Assembly (NCBI GenBank): GCA_963825525.1
Contig: CAWGTN010000002.1
Coordinates: 1-64,000 of the forward strand
Direction of reading: 5' to 3'
Length of the DNA stretch: 64,000 nt
Source of the DNA: an uncultured Chloroflexia bacterium
GTDB lineage: Bacteria > Chloroflexota > Limnocylindria > QHBO01
Shown here piece by piece: positions 1-12,104 of the stretch. Below the pieces are notes generated by a model. That model saw only the letters and a program-made list of their open reading frames with translations, did no database searches and was not told where the DNA came from. Position 1 is the stretch's first letter. Every line of letters starts with the position of its first letter. Made by a program: the position numbers and the translations under genes.

Positions 1-1272
1 CGGCTCCGATCACCTCGGGCGCCCCGGCCTCCACCAACGCCGGCGGCAGCGCGACCGAGCCGTCGGCGCTGCTGGCCGTTCTCGATCAGCGCGATCAGCG
101 TGCGGCCGACGGCGACCGCGGTGCCGTTGAGCGTGTGCAGGAACTCCGGCGGGGCCTCGGCGCGGGGCGGAAGCGGGCTCCCAGGCGGCGCGCCTGGTAG
201 TCGGTCGTGTTCGAGCACGAGGTCAGCTCGCGGTAGCGCTCCTGGCTGGGGATCCAGGCCTCGCAGTCGAACTTGCGCGCCGCCGGTGCGCCGAGGTCGC
301 CGACCGGGATGTCGACGACGCGGTAGGGGATCTCGAGCGCGGCGAGGATCCGCTCCTGGATCGCCAGGATGCGCTCGTGCTCGGCGCTCGACTCCTCGGG
401 CTCGACGAACGAGAACATCTCGACCTTGTCGAACTGGTGCACGCGGAAGATCCCGCGGGTGTCCTTGCCGGCGGCGCCGGCCTCGCGGCGAAAGCAGGTC
501 GAGATCCCGGCGTAGCGGCGGGGGAGCTCGCTCGGCGTCGAGGATCTCGTCCGCGTGCAGCGCGGCCAGCGAGACCTCCGAGGTGCCGACCAGGAAGAGC
601 TCGTCGCGCTGGACCTCGTAGATCATCTCGCGCTCGCCGGGGAAGAAGCCGGTGCCGTACGAGCGGCCCCTCGCGGACCAGCACCGGCGGGATGACCGGC
701 TCGAAGCCCTCCGCGCGGACCATGTCGACGGCGAGGCGGACCAGCGCCAGCTCGACCATCACCAGGTCGCCGATCAGATAGGCGAATCGCGAGCCCGGAT
801 GCCTCGGCGGCCTTCTCGATCTCGATCCAGCCGTGCTCGAGGCCGAGGTCGAGGTGGTCGCGGATCTCGAAGTCGAAGCTCGGCGCGCTCGCCGACCTCG
901 CGGAGCGTCGACCGCGTCGTCCTCGTGTCGCCGTCGGGGGCCTCGGGCGTCGGGGAGGTTGGGCAGCGTCGCCGCGAGCTCGTCGCGGCGCTCTCGACCT
1001 CGTCGAGCTCGGCCTGCGAGCTGCTTGAGCTCGGCCGAGACGTCCGCATCCGCGCGATCAGCTCGTCGGCGTCGCCGCCCTCGCGCTTGGCCTCGGCGAT
1101 CTCGTCGGAGGCCTCTGTTCTGCGCGGCGCGGCGGCCCTCGACCTCGGGCAGCAGCTCGCGCCGGCGCGCGTCGAGGCGCAGCAGCTCGTCGAGGTCGTC
1201 GGCGGCGCCGCGCCGCGCGAGCGCGGCGCGTGCCGGCGCCGGGTCCTCGCGGATCGCGCGGAGGTCGAGCAC
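1..1272 (-). CDS. serS: Seryl-tRNA synthetase (frameshifted, 3' end runs off window)
   Basis: Pieces in different frames: [11 protein letters not shown]..., [56 protein letters not shown]. Confidence 0.95.
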
Positions 1273-1287
1273 GCCGGCCGGCCGGGC

Positions 1288-1737
1288 CTAGCCGCCGGCC
1301 GCGGACTGCTGCTCTTCGGATCGAGCTCGCTCGCGTCGCCCGGCTGCGGCGGCCGGTCGACCTGTCGTCGCCCGCGTACTCGGCGACGAAGTCGGCGACC
1401 GCCTCGGCGTCGTCGCCGACGACGATGTTCTGAGGCATGATCGCGCCCGGAGAAGCCGCCGTTGCGGATCGCGTAGAGGACGTCCTCCGGGCTCTCGATC
1501 GCGCTCGTCGAGGTTCGGGCCCTGGTTGCGCAGCGACGCGGTTGGCCGAGCCCTGCGGTGCCGGCGGCGGTCAGCGTGTGGCATCCCGAGCAGCGCTCCG
1601 CGAACAGCACCGCGCCCTCGTAGTTGGGGTCGTCCGTCGGCAACCTGGATTCCCTCGCTGCCGCAGGCCGCGAGGGCGAGCGCCGCGACAATCGCAGCTG
1701 TGAGGGCGAGAAGGAGGCCGCACGCGGGCGGCATCAT
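1288..1737 (-). CDS. Monoheme cytochrome c lipoprotein (frameshifted)
   Basis: Lipobox LAAC followed by FAERCSGCH (CxxCH) and distal MPQNIV Met ligand. Confidence 0.8.
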   Translation of the reverse strand: MMPPACGLLLALTAAIVAALALAACGSEGIQVADGRPQLRGRGAVRGALLGMPHADRRRHRRARPTASLRNQGPNLDERDREPGGRPLRDPQRRLLRARSCLRTSSSATTPRRSPTSSPSTRATTGRPAAAAGRRERARSEEQQSAAGG

Positions 1738-1752
1738 ACTTTTCCGACCCCG

Positions 1753-2234
1753 ATGGCCGCGCCGACCCCCGATGAGTTCCGAAGCGCGATGGCGCTCCCG
1801 CCGACGCGCGGTCACCGTCGTCACCGCGCCGGACCGGACGGCCCGGCGGGCGCGACCGCCAACGCGGTCACATCGCTGTCGCTGGATCCGCCGCTGATGC
1901 TCGCCTGCCTCGACCGCGGGTCGCGCACGCTCGAGCGTCGTCCGCGACGGCGGGCGGCTTCGGGATCAGCGTGCTCGCCGCCGGCCAGGAGGCGATCGCG
2001 CGCGGCCTTCGCGACCAAGGCGCCCGCACACGGAGAAGTTGCGCGAGGTCGCGCTGGAGCGAGCGCGGCGGGGTGCCGATCGCTCGACGGCGCGATCGCC
2101 TGGGTCGCCTGCGAGCTGCGCGAGCTGCACGCCGGCGGCGACCACGTGATCGCACCGGCGCGGTGCTCGGTGTCGGCGGCTCCGGCGGCGAGCCGCTGAT
2201 CTTCTACGCCGGCGCCTACCGGCCGTTGGACTGA
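1753..2234 (+). CDS. Flavin reductase-like protein (frameshifted)
   Basis: DEFRSAM..., GATANAVTSLSLDPPLML, AGGDHVI, PLIFYAGAY motifs. Confidence 0.88.
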
Positions 2235-2469
2235 GCTCGGTGCTCGACCGGGACCGGGAGCTGGTGAGCCTGACACCAGGCGATCAGCTCGCGCCGGGCG
2301 ATCTCCGCCGGATTCGCGTCCGCGCGGCGCCCCGGGTCCGGGGCGGTGTCTGGGCTCGCTCGGCGGCCGTGTTCGGCCATCTTCCGTCTAAACCGAACAT
2401 CGGCACCGAAGTCTCGGTTTTAGACCGTACTTTCGTCCGTATTTCGGCCCGTAGTTTCCGTTTCCACGC

Positions 2470-2913
2470 CTAGAACAGGGCCGCTGGTGCCCGCGGCGCG
2501 CAGCGCGAGGAAGAACGATGACCAGCGCCGAGACGGCCATGATCCCGGTCTCGCGGCGCACGATCGCGAGCGCGAAGCGGTGCTGGCGGTCCTCCGGCAG
2601 GGAGTCGAAGTCGAGGCCCTCGAGCTCGCGCTCGGCGGCGCCGGCGCGCGCCGCCTCGGCCAGCAGGGAGACCAGCAGCGGCAGCACGCCGTAGACGTAA
2701 TGCAGGTCGTCGGGCGCCTCGTGTCCGAGCAGCAGCAGGATCGCGCCGAGCAGCGAACTGGAGCGACGACCGCGACCTGGGCGACCCGCAGCGCGTACCA
2801 GAAGCCGACGCGACGGCTCGGCGCGCGCAACCAGGCGATCGCGCCCCGACGCGCCGGCGACGAGGTTGGTCGACAGGACGGCGATCCCGACGACCAGGTG
2901 GACGGTCGTCCAT
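2470..2913 (-). CDS. Hypothetical integral membrane protein (frameshifted)
   Basis: Hydrophobic segments GFWYALRVAQVAVV, HYVYGVLPLLVSLL, GIMAVSALVIV recovered across frames. Confidence 0.6.
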   Translation of the reverse strand: MDDRPPGRRDRRPVDQPRRRRVGARSPGCARRAVASASGTRCGSPRSRSSLQFAARRDPAAARTRGARRPALRLRRAAAAGLPAGRGGARRRRRARARGPRLRLPAGGPPAPLRARDRAPRDRDHGRLGAGHRSSSRCAPRAPAALF

Positions 2914-3039
2914 CGGCCGGCGCATCAAAGCAGACGTCGCCGGGCATACCGCTCGTAAAGGTCGGATTTTCCGCTTGTCTGATGCGGAAGATCACTATGT
3001 AGCAACCCGTCACAAAGTCGGATATAAACCGTGGGCTGC

Positions 3040-3409
3040 GTGCTCCAGAGCTACCTGCCCAGTCATCGTCTTCGCCGGCCTCGGCATCGATCGTCGGCAG
3101 CGGCCTTCGCGATGCTCAACCGCCTCGTCGGGCCGCAAGCGCGTCCGAGCCGCAAGGTGAAGGCCGACCCCTACGAGTGCGGGCTGCCGAGCGAGGTCTC
3201 GCGCACCTTCCGCTTCGGGGTCAGCTTCTACATGGTCGCGATGCTGTTCATCCTGTTCGACATCGAGGTCGTCTTCCTGTATCCGGTCGGCGTGATCCTC
3301 AACGCGGCCGACTCGGTCTTCGTGCTCGTCGAGATCCTGGTCTTCGTCGTCCTGCTGCTGGTCGCGCTGGTCTACGTCTGGCGCAAGGGGAGCACTCGAT
3401 TGGAAGTGA
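3040..3409 (+). CDS. nuoA: NADH-quinone oxidoreductase subunit A (frameshifted)
   Basis: PYECG, FYMVAMLFILFDIEVVFLYP, YVWRKG; TATAAA at 3023-3028 just upstream. Confidence 0.93.
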
Positions 3410-4136
3410 GGCGCGAGAAGCTGCGGGCGGCTGGCGCCGCTCGCCAGCCCGGCTCGCCCGAGCGACCTGCGGGTCCGCCAGCTGCGCGCCCGCGACCTGC
3501 TGCGCGGCGACCTCGACGACGCCGACCTCGAGGAGCACGTCGAGCAGTCGGTGCTGACGACGTCGCTCGAGAAGCTGCTCGCCTGGGGCGCGCCAACTCG
3601 ATGTTCCCGCCACCTTCGGGCTCGCCTGCTGCGCGATCGAGATGATCGTCGAGGTCGTCTCGCCGCGCTACGACCTCGCGCGCTTCGGCGCCGAGGCGCT
3701 GCGCGCCTCGCCGCGCCAGGCCGACATGCATCATCCTCTCGGGCCGGGTCTCGATCAAGATGGCGCCGGTCGTCCGCCGCCTCTACGACCAGATGCTCGA
3801 GCCGCAAGTGGGTGATCTCGATGGGCGCCTGCTCGTCCTCGGGCGGGATGTTCTCCAACTACGCCGTCGTCCAGGGCGCCGACAAGTTCATGCCGATCGA
3901 CATCCACGTTCCCGGGCTGCCCGCCGCGGCCCGAGGCGCTGATCTACGGCTTCAACAAGCTCCAGCAGCAGATCCAGGGCAACCCCGACCTGGGGTGGCG
4001 CGCGGCGCTACAACGCGGTCGGGCACCGAGGAGTGGGCGCGCGACGACGTGATCGCCCGAGGCCAGGCCGCTCGCGAGGCGGCGCCGAGGCAGCTGGCCC
4101 CGAGGCCGCGGGCGCGAGACGCGAGCCGGGAGCTGA
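3406..4136 (+). CDS. nuoB: NADH-quinone oxidoreductase subunit B (frameshifted)
   Basis: [42 protein letters not shown](CPPRPEAL). Confidence 0.93.
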
Positions 4137-4706
4137 TGCCTGACGCGCCGGGCCTCGAGCTGATCGCCGGCGAGCTTCGCGACGCCCACACGGGCGCGGT
4201 CCTCGGCACCTACCACGAGCACGGCCAGGCGTGCCTGATCGTCGACCCCGAGCAGATCCTCGACGGTGCTGCGCTGGCTGCGCGACACCCCGGGCCAGGA
4301 GTACCGCTTCCTCGCCAGCGTCCACGGCGTCGACTACCTGCCCGCCGAGCCGCGCTTCGGCGTCCACTACGAGCTGCTGAACCGCGACCGGGTCGAGCGC
4401 ATCCGGGTGCGGGCGGCGCTCGCCGACCCCGGCGCGCCGCCGGGCCTGCATCGGGCGAGACCGAGGAGATCGACGGATGCTGCTGCCGTCGATCGAGAGC
4501 TGCGTGCCGCTGTTCCCGACCGCCGAGTTCCAGGAGCGCGAGGTCTACGACTTCTTCGGGATCGTCTTCCGCGGCCATCCCGACCTGCGCCGGATCCTGA
4601 TGCCCGAGGACTACGTCGGCTGGCCGCAGCGCCGCGACTTCCCGGTCGGCGGCGAGCCCGTGATCTTCACCCACAACGAGCGCGAGGTCCCCGGGTGGTC
4701 GAGTGA
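4136..4706 (+). CDS. nuoC: NADH-quinone oxidoreductase subunit C (frameshifted)
   Basis: [37 protein letters not shown]; TGATG overlap with nuoB. Confidence 0.93.
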
Positions 4707-4714
4707 GGCGTCCG

Positions 4715-6016
4715 ATGACTGACGCCGCAGCGAGCACGGCACGCGCGCCGGCCGCACGGCGGCGACGTGATCGCCGCGACCACGGCGACCGTGATCGGCA
4801 CCTCGCCGATCGAGCGCACCGAGGCCGGCGAGGCGCTCGAGCCCGAGCACGAGCTGCTGACGTGAACATGGGCCCGCACCACCCCGCCACCCACGGGGTG
4901 CTGCGGCTGCTGGTCAGCCTCCAGGGCGAGGTCGTGCTCGACCTCAAGCCGATCGATGGGCTACGTCCACACCGGGATCGAGAAGAGCTGCGAGGACAAG
5001 AGCTACTGGAAGGTGATCCCGTTCGTCGAGCGGATGGACTACCTCTCCTACTTCTTCAACATGGAGGCCTTCTGCGGCGCGGTCGAGCGCATGCTGGAGC
5101 TCGAGATCCCGCCGCGCGCCAAGTACCTGCGGATGATCCACCTGGAGCTCAACCGGATCCACTCGCACCTGGTCTGGCTCGGGACGTCGGCGCTCGACCT
5201 CGGCGCGATGTCGATGCTCTGGTACGCGTTCCGCGAGCGCGACACGATCCTCGACCTGTTCGAGATGTCGACCGGCCAGCGGATGCACACCCGCTACTTC
5301 CAGGTCGGCGGCGTCTTCGAGGACATCCCGGTCGGGCTTCGAGAAGAAGCTCCGCGCGTTCTGCGCCGAGATGCCCAACCGGATCGACCAGTACGAGGCG
5401 CTGCTCGACCGCAACGAGATCTTCCTGCCGCGGACGCAAGGGCGTCGGCATCGTCTCCCGCGAGCGCCTGCTCGAGCTCGGGGTCACCGGGCCGCTGCTG
5501 CGGGCCGCCGGCGAGCCCTGGGACCTGCGCAAGGCGAGCCCGTACCTCGCCTACGGCGAGGTCGACTTCAAGATCCCGGTCGGCACCGTCGGCGACGGCT
5601 ACGACCGCTACCGCGTGCCGCGATGCAGGAGATGCGCGAGTCGGTGAGGATCATCGAGCAGTGCCTCGACGGCCTGCCCGAGGGGCCGTGGATCGCCGAC
5701 GACCGCAAGGTCGTGCTGCCGCCGCGCCACGAGCTCGCGACCTCGATGGAGGCGCTGATCCACCACTTCAAGCTGGTCACCGAGGGCTTCCGGGTCCCGC
5801 CTGGCGAGATCTACTACCCGATCGAGTCGCCGCGCGGAGAGCTCGGCTGCTACGTGCTCGCCGACGGCTCGGCGAAGCCGGCGCGGGTCCATTTCCGCGA
5901 CCCGTCGTTCGTCAACCTGCAGGCCTTCGCGACATGTGCGTCGGCGGCTACGTCGCCGACCTGATCCAGAACCTCGCGATGCTCGACCCGATCCTCGGAG
6001 GCGATCGACCAGATGA
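4715..6016 (+). CDS. nuoD: NADH-quinone oxidoreductase subunit D (frameshifted)
   Basis: [51 protein letters not shown]. Confidence 0.95.
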
Positions 6017-6733
6017 GCGCCGAGTTCCAGGCAGCCCGCGCACCTCCTCGAGCCGACTGACGACCTGACCGCCGAGGAGCGCAAGCGGCTGATCGCCTCG
6101 ATGCGCCCCTCGGATGCGGAGGGCGTGCCCGAGCTGCACGAGGTCGAGATCCCGCCCGAGCTCCAGGAGCAGATCGAGACCGCGATGTCGAAGTACCCGC
6201 AGCTGCGCTCGGCCTCGATCCCGGCGCTGTGGGCCGTGCAGCGCCAGTACGGCTGGTGCACGCCGGAGCGGCATCCGCCAGGCGGCAGCGGTGATGGGCG
6301 TCACCCCGGCCTACCTGGAGTCGGTCGCCTCCTTCTACGACCTGTTCGCCACCGAGCCGGTCGGCCACCACCGGGTCCTGGTCTGCACCAACATCTCCTG
6401 CTGGATGCGCGGCGGTGACGAGCTGCTCGAGTCGTTCTGCGAGGCGGCCGGCGCCGACCACCACGAGGCCTCCCACCACGGGGCCAGCTCCGCCGACGGC
6501 GAGTTCTTCGTCAAGGGCTTCGAGTGCCTCGGCGCCTGCGACCTGGCGCCGATGGCGTCGATCGACGAGCGCTACTACGGCCCGCTCGACGGCCGCGGAC
6601 GCGGTCGCGGCGATCGAGGCCCTGCGCGCCGGCGCCGAGCCGCCGGACGCGAAGGCGCTCAGCAAGCGGCCGGCGGCCGGCGGCCCCGAGCCGGATCCCG
6701 ACCCGCGGCTGGAGGGAGACCGACGTTGCCTGA
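6013..6733 (+). CDS. nuoE: NADH-quinone oxidoreductase subunit E (frameshifted)
   Basis: [24 protein letters not shown]...ECLGAC [2Fe-2S] ligands. Confidence 0.93.
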
Positions 6734-8040
6734 GACGAGAGTCCTGTTCCGCCACATCGACGACCCGCACCTGGCGTCGATCGATCGCTATCGCGAGCTC
6801 GGCGGCTACAAGGCGCTCGAGCGCGCCTGCAGGGAGCTCGACCCGTCCGACCTGCTCGGCTGCTTCGAGGACTCGGGCCTGCGCGGCCGCGGCGGCGCCG
6901 GCTTCTCGATGGGCAAGAAGGGCTCGTTCCTGCCCCGCGGCGAGATGCGCAAGTACGTCTGCTGCAACGCCGACGAGTCGGAGCCCGGCGCCTTCAAGGA
7001 CCGGGAGCTGATGATGAAGAACCCCCACCAGCTGATCGAGGGGGTGGCGATCGCGTCGCTCGCGGTCGGCGCCGACCTACGCCTTCATCTTCATCCGCGG
7101 CGAGTACTGGGAGATCGCCGACATCCTCGACCGCGCCGTCGCCGAGGCATACGAGGCCAACTACCTGGGGTCGAACGTGCTCAACACCCGCACCCAGGTC
7201 GAGCTCGTCGTCCACCGCGGCGCCGGCGCCTACATCTGCGGCGAGGAGACGGCGCTGCTCGACGCGCTCGAGGGCAAGCGCGGCAACCCGCGGCTGAAGC
7301 CGCCGTTCCCTGCGATCCAGGGGCTCTACGGCGGGCCGACGCTGATCAACAACGTCGAGACGCTCTCCAACCTGCCGCACATCGTCAACAACGGCTCCAA
7401 CTGGTTCAAGGAGTTCGGCACCGAGCAGTCGCCGGGCACCAAGGTGGTCTCGGTTTCCGGCTGCGTGCAGAAGCCCGGCAACTACGAGGTCGAGCTCGGC
7501 ATCCCGTCGCGCGAGCTGATCTTCGACCTCGCCGGGGGCCTGCCCGAGGGCCGCCGCGTGAAGGCCTGGTTCCCGGGCGGCTCCTCGTCGCCGGTGCTGA
7601 CCGAGGCCGAGCTCGACCTCCCGTACACGTTCGAGGAGATGGCCGAGGCCGGCTCGATGCTCGGCTCCGGGTCGATCATCGTCGTCGACGACACCGTCTC
7701 GATCCCCGACCTGGCGCTGCGCACGGCGCGCTTCTACCACCACGAGTCGTGCGGGAAGTGCACCCCGTGCCGCGAGGGGACCAACTGGACCGTGAAGATG
7801 CTCGAGCGGCTCACCCGCGGCGAGGCGACACCGATCGACCTCGAGATCGTCGCCTCGGTGCAGGAGAACATCATCGGCAACTGCCTCTGCGTGCTCGGCG
7901 ATTCGATGGCGATGCCCGTCGGCTCGATGGTGAAGAAGTTCCGCAGCGAGTTCGAAGATCGCATATCCAACGTTCCGCCCGCCTCCTCCGCTTCGCGTCC
8001 GGGGGCGGCCGGGTCAGCCGCAGGACAGGTGGCGGCATGA
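6726..8040 (+). CDS. nuoF: NADH-quinone oxidoreductase subunit F (frameshift near 7080)
   Basis: [44 protein letters not shown]. Confidence 0.96.
7979..8011 (-). repeat. Diverged inverted copy of nuo-junction repeat, inside nuoF 3' end
   Basis: CCGCCTCCTCCGCTTCGCGTCCGGGGGCGGCCG resembles the reverse complement of the 35-mer at 10448 and 12066. Confidence 0.65.
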
Positions 8041-10490
8041 GGGAGCGGCCCGAGATCACCCTGGTCGTCGACGGCGTCGAGGTCAACGCGCCCGAGGGCG
8101 AGATGCTCGTCGACGCGGCGAAGGGCGGCGACGTCGAGATCCCGGTCTTCTGTTACGAGCCGAAGCTCGGCGGGCCGGTCGGCGCCTGCCGGATGTGCCT
8201 GGTCGAGATCGAGGGGATCCCGAAGCTGCAGACCGCCTGCTCGACCCCGGTCCGCGACGGGATGGTCGTCTACACCCGCACCGACCGGGTGATCGAGGCC
8301 CAGAACGCGGTGGTCGAGTTCCTGCTCGTCAACCACCCGCTCGACTGCCCGGTGTGCGACAAGGGCGGCGAGTGCCCGCTGCAGGACATCGCGATGGGCT
8401 GGGGGCCGGGGCGCAGCCGGGTCACCGACCCGAAGCGCCACTTCCGCAAGCCGGTGCCGCTCTCGCCGCTTGTCCGGATCGACCGCGAGCGCTGCATCCT
8501 CTGCTACCGCTGCGTGCGGTTCAGCCAGGAGGTCGCCGAGGACGAGCAGCTGCAGCTGCTCGAGCGCGGCTCGTCGAGCTACGTCGGCACCTTCGACGAC
8601 CACCCCTACATCGCCCCCTTCCACGGCAACATCATCGAGCTCTGCCCCGTCGGGGCGCTGACCGCCGAGGCCTACCGGTTCCGCGCCCGGCCCTGGGACA
8701 TCGAGGACTCGGGCTCGATCTGCACCCTCTGCCCGAGCCAGTGCAACGTCAAGTTCACGGTCCGCGACGAGCGCGTCGAGCGGGTGCTGGCGCGCGACAA
8801 CCACGAGGTCGACAACGGCTGGCTCTGCGACAAGGGCCGCTTCGGCTTCCAGATGATCTCCTCCGAGGAGCGGATCACCGAGCCGCGGCTGGCCGGCAAC
8901 CGGGCCGGCTGGGAGCAGGCGCTCGATGTGGCGGCTGCGAAGCTCGGCTCCGGCCGGATCGCTGCGATCGTCGGCGGCCAGGCCTCGAACGAGGAGGCCT
9001 ACCTGGCGCAGCGGATCGCCGGCGGGAACGCGACGGCGATCGACGAGCTCCCGGCCGGGCAGCTGGCGGCGCTGTCGACCGCCGAGCTCGGCGCCTCGAT
9101 CACGGCGATCGACGCGGCCGAGTCGGTGCTGCTGATCGGCGCCGACCCGCTGAACTCGATGCCGATCCTCGACCTGCGGCTGCGCAAGGCGGTCCGCCAC
9201 AACGGGCTGCGCCTGGTGATCGCGTCCGACCACCCGACCGCGCTCGACGGCGGCGCCGAGGAGACCGCCCGTTACGCCCCGGGCGACTCCGCCGCCTTCC
9301 TGGCCGCGCTCGAGGCGGAACTCGGCCCGGACCCGGCGCCCGAGGGGCCGCACCAAGCCGACGCGGAGAGAGTCGCCGGCGAGCTGCGCCCCGGGAAGAC
9401 GCTCGTGATCTGGGGCGAGCGCCTTGGCCGCGGTCCCGACGGCCAAGCCGCTCTGAACGCCCTCCTCAGCTGCACGGCGGAGCTGAAATGCGCCGAGGCG
9501 GGCGGCGGCGTCTTCTCGGTTCCCGAGGGCGCCAACGCGCGCGGGGTCCGCGAGGTCGGCTGCGTCCCGGGCGCGGGCCCCGGATTCACCGCCACTGACC
9601 GGAGCGACGATCTGGACGCCATCAAGCACGGCCTGACCTCCGGCGAGCTCGAAGGCGTGATCCTCCTGCACGCCGACCCGGTCCGCGACCTCCCCGACGG
9701 ACCGGGCTGGGCCAAGGCCCTCAACCAGGCCCGCACGGTCATCTCGATCTCATCCTTCGACGACGCCTCGACCAAGGCGGCCGACATCGTCTTCCCCGCC
9801 GAGGCGTACGCGGAGAAGGAAGGCACGGTCACTCACCCCGACGGCCGCCTGCAGCGCCTCCGCCCGTCCGTCCCCCGCCCGGGCGAAGTCCGCCCGATCT
9901 GGCAGGTCCTCGCCGAGCTCAGCGCCGCCTTGGGCGACGAAACGGACATCGACTCGGCCCCGGAAGCCCTCGCGGCGATCGCCTCGGACGTCCCCTTCTA
10001 CGGCGGCCTCACGCCGGAGGAGATCGGCGGCACCGGCATCAGGTGGCAGACCCGTGACGCCGCAAGCGCATGGAGCGCGGGGGAAGGGGTTGTTGTCGAG
10101 GATGTCCGGTCCCAGGCGGCAACCCCATCCCCCGCGCCCTCGGGCCTCCGCCTCGGGACCTACCGAGACCTGTGGGCGAACGAGGTCACGGAGCGCAACG
10201 TCGCGCTGAAGTTCCTGGTTCCAGAGCAGCGGGTGGAGATCGCGCCCTCAGATGCCGAGAAGCTCGGTCTGACTGACGGAGACGAAGTGCAGGTCCGGTC
10301 GAACGGGACGTCCGTACACGCCCGGGTCCAGCTCCGCGAGCGCATCCGCCCCGGCGCGGCGTTCCTGATCGAGGGCACAGCGCAGAACAACGCCAACCTG
10401 CTCAACGGAGCGAGGACCGTGGAGATCACTCGAATCCCGGCCGACCCCGGCACCCCCGCAGGCGAAGCCGAGGAGGTGGCCGGGCAGTGA
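8037..10490 (+). CDS. nuoG: NADH-quinone oxidoreductase subunit G
   Basis: [46 protein letters not shown]; molybdopterin-like C-terminal part. Confidence 0.96.
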   Translation: MRERPEITLVVDGVEVNAPEGEMLVDAAKGGDVEIPVFCYEPKLGGPVGACRMCLVEIEGIPKLQTACSTPVRDGMVVYTRTDRVIEAQNAVVEFLLVNHPLDCPVCDKGGECPLQDIAMGWGPGRSRVTDPKRHFRKPVPLSPLVRIDRERCILCYRCVRFSQEVAEDEQLQLLERGSSSYVGTFDDHPYIAPFHGNIIELCPVGALTAEAYRFRARPWDIEDSGSICTLCPSQCNVKFTVRDERVERVLARDNHEVDNGWLCDKGRFGFQMISSEERITEPRLAGNRAGWEQALDVAAAKLGSGRIAAIVGGQASNEEAYLAQRIAGGNATAIDELPAGQLAALSTAELGASITAIDAAESVLLIGADPLNSMPILDLRLRKAVRHNGLRLVIASDHPTALDGGAEETARYAPGDSAAFLAALEAELGPDPAPEGPHQADAERVAGELRPGKTLVIWGERLGRGPDGQAALNALLSCTAELKCAEAGGGVFSVPEGANARGVREVGCVPGAGPGFTATDRSDDLDAIKHGLTSGELEGVILLHADPVRDLPDGPGWAKALNQARTVISISSFDDASTKAADIVFPAEAYAEKEGTVTHPDGRLQRLRPSVPRPGEVRPIWQVLAELSAALGDETDIDSAPEALAAIASDVPFYGGLTPEEIGGTGIRWQTRDAASAWSAGEGVVVEDVRSQAATPSPAPSGLRLGTYRDLWANEVTERNVALKFLVPEQRVEIAPSDAEKLGLTDGDEVQVRSNGTSVHARVQLRERIRPGAAFLIEGTAQNNANLLNGARTVEITRIPADPGTPAGEAEEVAGQ
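10448..10482 (+). repeat. 35-bp nuo-junction repeat, inside nuoG 3' end
   Basis: CGGCACCCCCGCAGGCGAAGCCGAGGAGGTGGCCG, identical to 12066-12100. Confidence 0.9.
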
Positions 10491-11482
10491 TTCTGGCCGA
10501 CACGAGCTTCACCGAGGCGACCTGGATCATGGTCGTGAAGTCGATCGTGATCTTCCTGATCGTGTTCGCGATCGTCCCGGTGCTGACCGTGGTCGAACGC
10601 AAGTTGATCGGTCGCTTCCAGCATCGCTACGGGCCGAACCGGGTCGGCTACGTGGGGCTGATGCAACCGCTCGCCGACATCATCAAGCTGGCCGGCAAGC
10701 AGGCGTTCCGGCCCGCCGCCGCGATCCCCTTCCTGTACGCGATCGGCCCGGCGCTGGTGATCTTCTCCGGGATCACGACGATCGCGATCCTGCCGTTCGG
10801 CGACGTCCAGGACGGGGTCGGCCTGTATGGGATCGACGTCCCGATCGGCGTCCTCTACTTCTTCGCCTTCGGCTCGTTCGCGTTCTACGGCCTGCTGATC
10901 GCGGGCTGGTCCTCGGCCTCCAAGTACAGCTTCCTCGGCGCGATGCGGGGCGCCGCGCAGCTGATCTCCTACGAGGTGGCGATGGGGCTGTCGCTGTTCG
11001 GCGTGATCCTGATGTCCGGCTCGCTGTCGCTGGTCTCGATCGTCGAGGCCCAGGGCGAGGTCTGGAACATCGTTCCCCAGTTCGTCGGCTTCATCGTCTT
11101 CATGCTCGCCGGGTTCGCGGAGACCAACCGGACTCCGTTCGACCTCCCCGAGGCGGACGCGGAGCTCGTTCAGGGGTACCAGACCGAGTACGGCGGCACC
11201 CGCTTCGCCTCCTTCCTGCTCGCCGAGTACCTGGAGATCTTCGTCGTCTCCGGGATCGCCGCCGCCTTCTTCCTCGGCGGCTGGATGGGCCCCGGGCCCG
11301 AGTGGCTCGACCCGATCTGGATGCTCGCCAAGATCTTCACGCTGATCGTCTTCTTCATCTGGGTCCGCGCGACGCTGCCGCGGCTGCGCTACGACCAGCT
11401 CATGAGTCTCGGCTGGAAGGTCCTGCTGCCGCTGGCGACGCTGAACGTCCTGGTAACCGCCGTCCTGATCGTGGTGGCATGA
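10487..11482 (+). CDS. nuoH: NADH-quinone oxidoreductase subunit H
   Basis: ERK...[37 protein letters not shown]. Confidence 0.97.
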   Translation: MILADTSFTEATWIMVVKSIVIFLIVFAIVPVLTVVERKLIGRFQHRYGPNRVGYVGLMQPLADIIKLAGKQAFRPAAAIPFLYAIGPALVIFSGITTIAILPFGDVQDGVGLYGIDVPIGVLYFFAFGSFAFYGLLIAGWSSASKYSFLGAMRGAAQLISYEVAMGLSLFGVILMSGSLSLVSIVEAQGEVWNIVPQFVGFIVFMLAGFAETNRTPFDLPEADAELVQGYQTEYGGTRFASFLLAEYLEIFVVSGIAAAFFLGGWMGPGPEWLDPIWMLAKIFTLIVFFIWVRATLPRLRYDQLMSLGWKVLLPLATLNVLVTAVLIVVA

Positions 11483-12042
11483 GCGAAGAAGCGGCGAAGC
11501 CCGAGTTCCCGTACCTGAAGGACGCCGACGAGGTCGTCTCGGTCCAGCGCGGGCCAGAGCCGGGCGGCGCCAGGGGCGCCTATCGCGCCTTCGGCGAGAC
11601 CCTGCGCGGCCTGAAGACGACGATGGCGCGGCTGATCGAGGGCCCGATGACGATCCAGTACCCGGAGGAGAAGACGCCGGTGTACCCGCGCTTCCGCGGC
11701 CGCCACAAGCTGCACAAGTTCGAGGACACGGATCTGGAGAAGTGCGTCGGCTGCTCGCTCTGCGCCGCCGCGTGCCCGGCCGACTGCATCCGCGTCGTCG
11801 CGGCCGAGAACGACCCCGCCGACCGGGTCTCGGCCGGCGAGCGCTACGCCGCCGTCTACGAGATCAACCTCGCTCGCTGCATCTTCTGCGGCTACTGCGA
11901 GGTCGCCTGCCCGTTCGACGCGATCACGATGGGGCACGAGTACGAGATGGCCGACTACGACCGCGGCGACCTGATCTTCACCAAGGAGATGCTGCTCGCC
12001 GAGCCGCTGGAGCGCAACCCGCTGCGGCGGGAAGGGGAGTGA
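11479..12042 (+). CDS. nuoI: NADH-quinone oxidoreductase subunit I
   Basis: TIQYPEEK, CVGCSLCAAACP, CIFCGYCEVACP. Confidence 0.96.
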   Translation: MSEEAAKPEFPYLKDADEVVSVQRGPEPGGARGAYRAFGETLRGLKTTMARLIEGPMTIQYPEEKTPVYPRFRGRHKLHKFEDTDLEKCVGCSLCAAACPADCIRVVAAENDPADRVSAGERYAAVYEINLARCIFCGYCEVACPFDAITMGHEYEMADYDRGDLIFTKEMLLAEPLERNPLRREGE

Positions 12043-12065
12043 GTGAGCAGCTCGCCGGCTAACCG

Positions 12066-12100
12066 CGGCACCCCCGCAGGCGAAGCCGAGGAGGTGGCCG
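12066..12100 (+). repeat. 35-bp nuo-junction repeat between nuoI and nuoJ
   Basis: Identical to 10448-10482; its GAGGAGGT lies just upstream of the nuoJ GTG start. Confidence 0.9.
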
Positions 12101-12104
12101 CGTA

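Noticed and set aside
2997-3015. Possible Rex/CRP box upstream of nuoA (ATGTAGCAACCCGTCACAA)
   Set aside because: Only the TCACAA half matches and the spacing is off.
1-7100. Frameshifts in serS and nuoA-F suggesting pseudogenes or programmed frameshifting
   Set aside because: Dense random single-base indels in essential genes, nearly absent from 7.2-18 kb and returning after 18 kb; typical of uneven long-read consensus quality.
6114-10490. 1458-aa ORF suggesting a NuoE-F-G fusion
   Set aside because: Artifact of indels; nuoE, nuoF and nuoG have their own overlapping stops and starts (6726/6733, 8037/8040).
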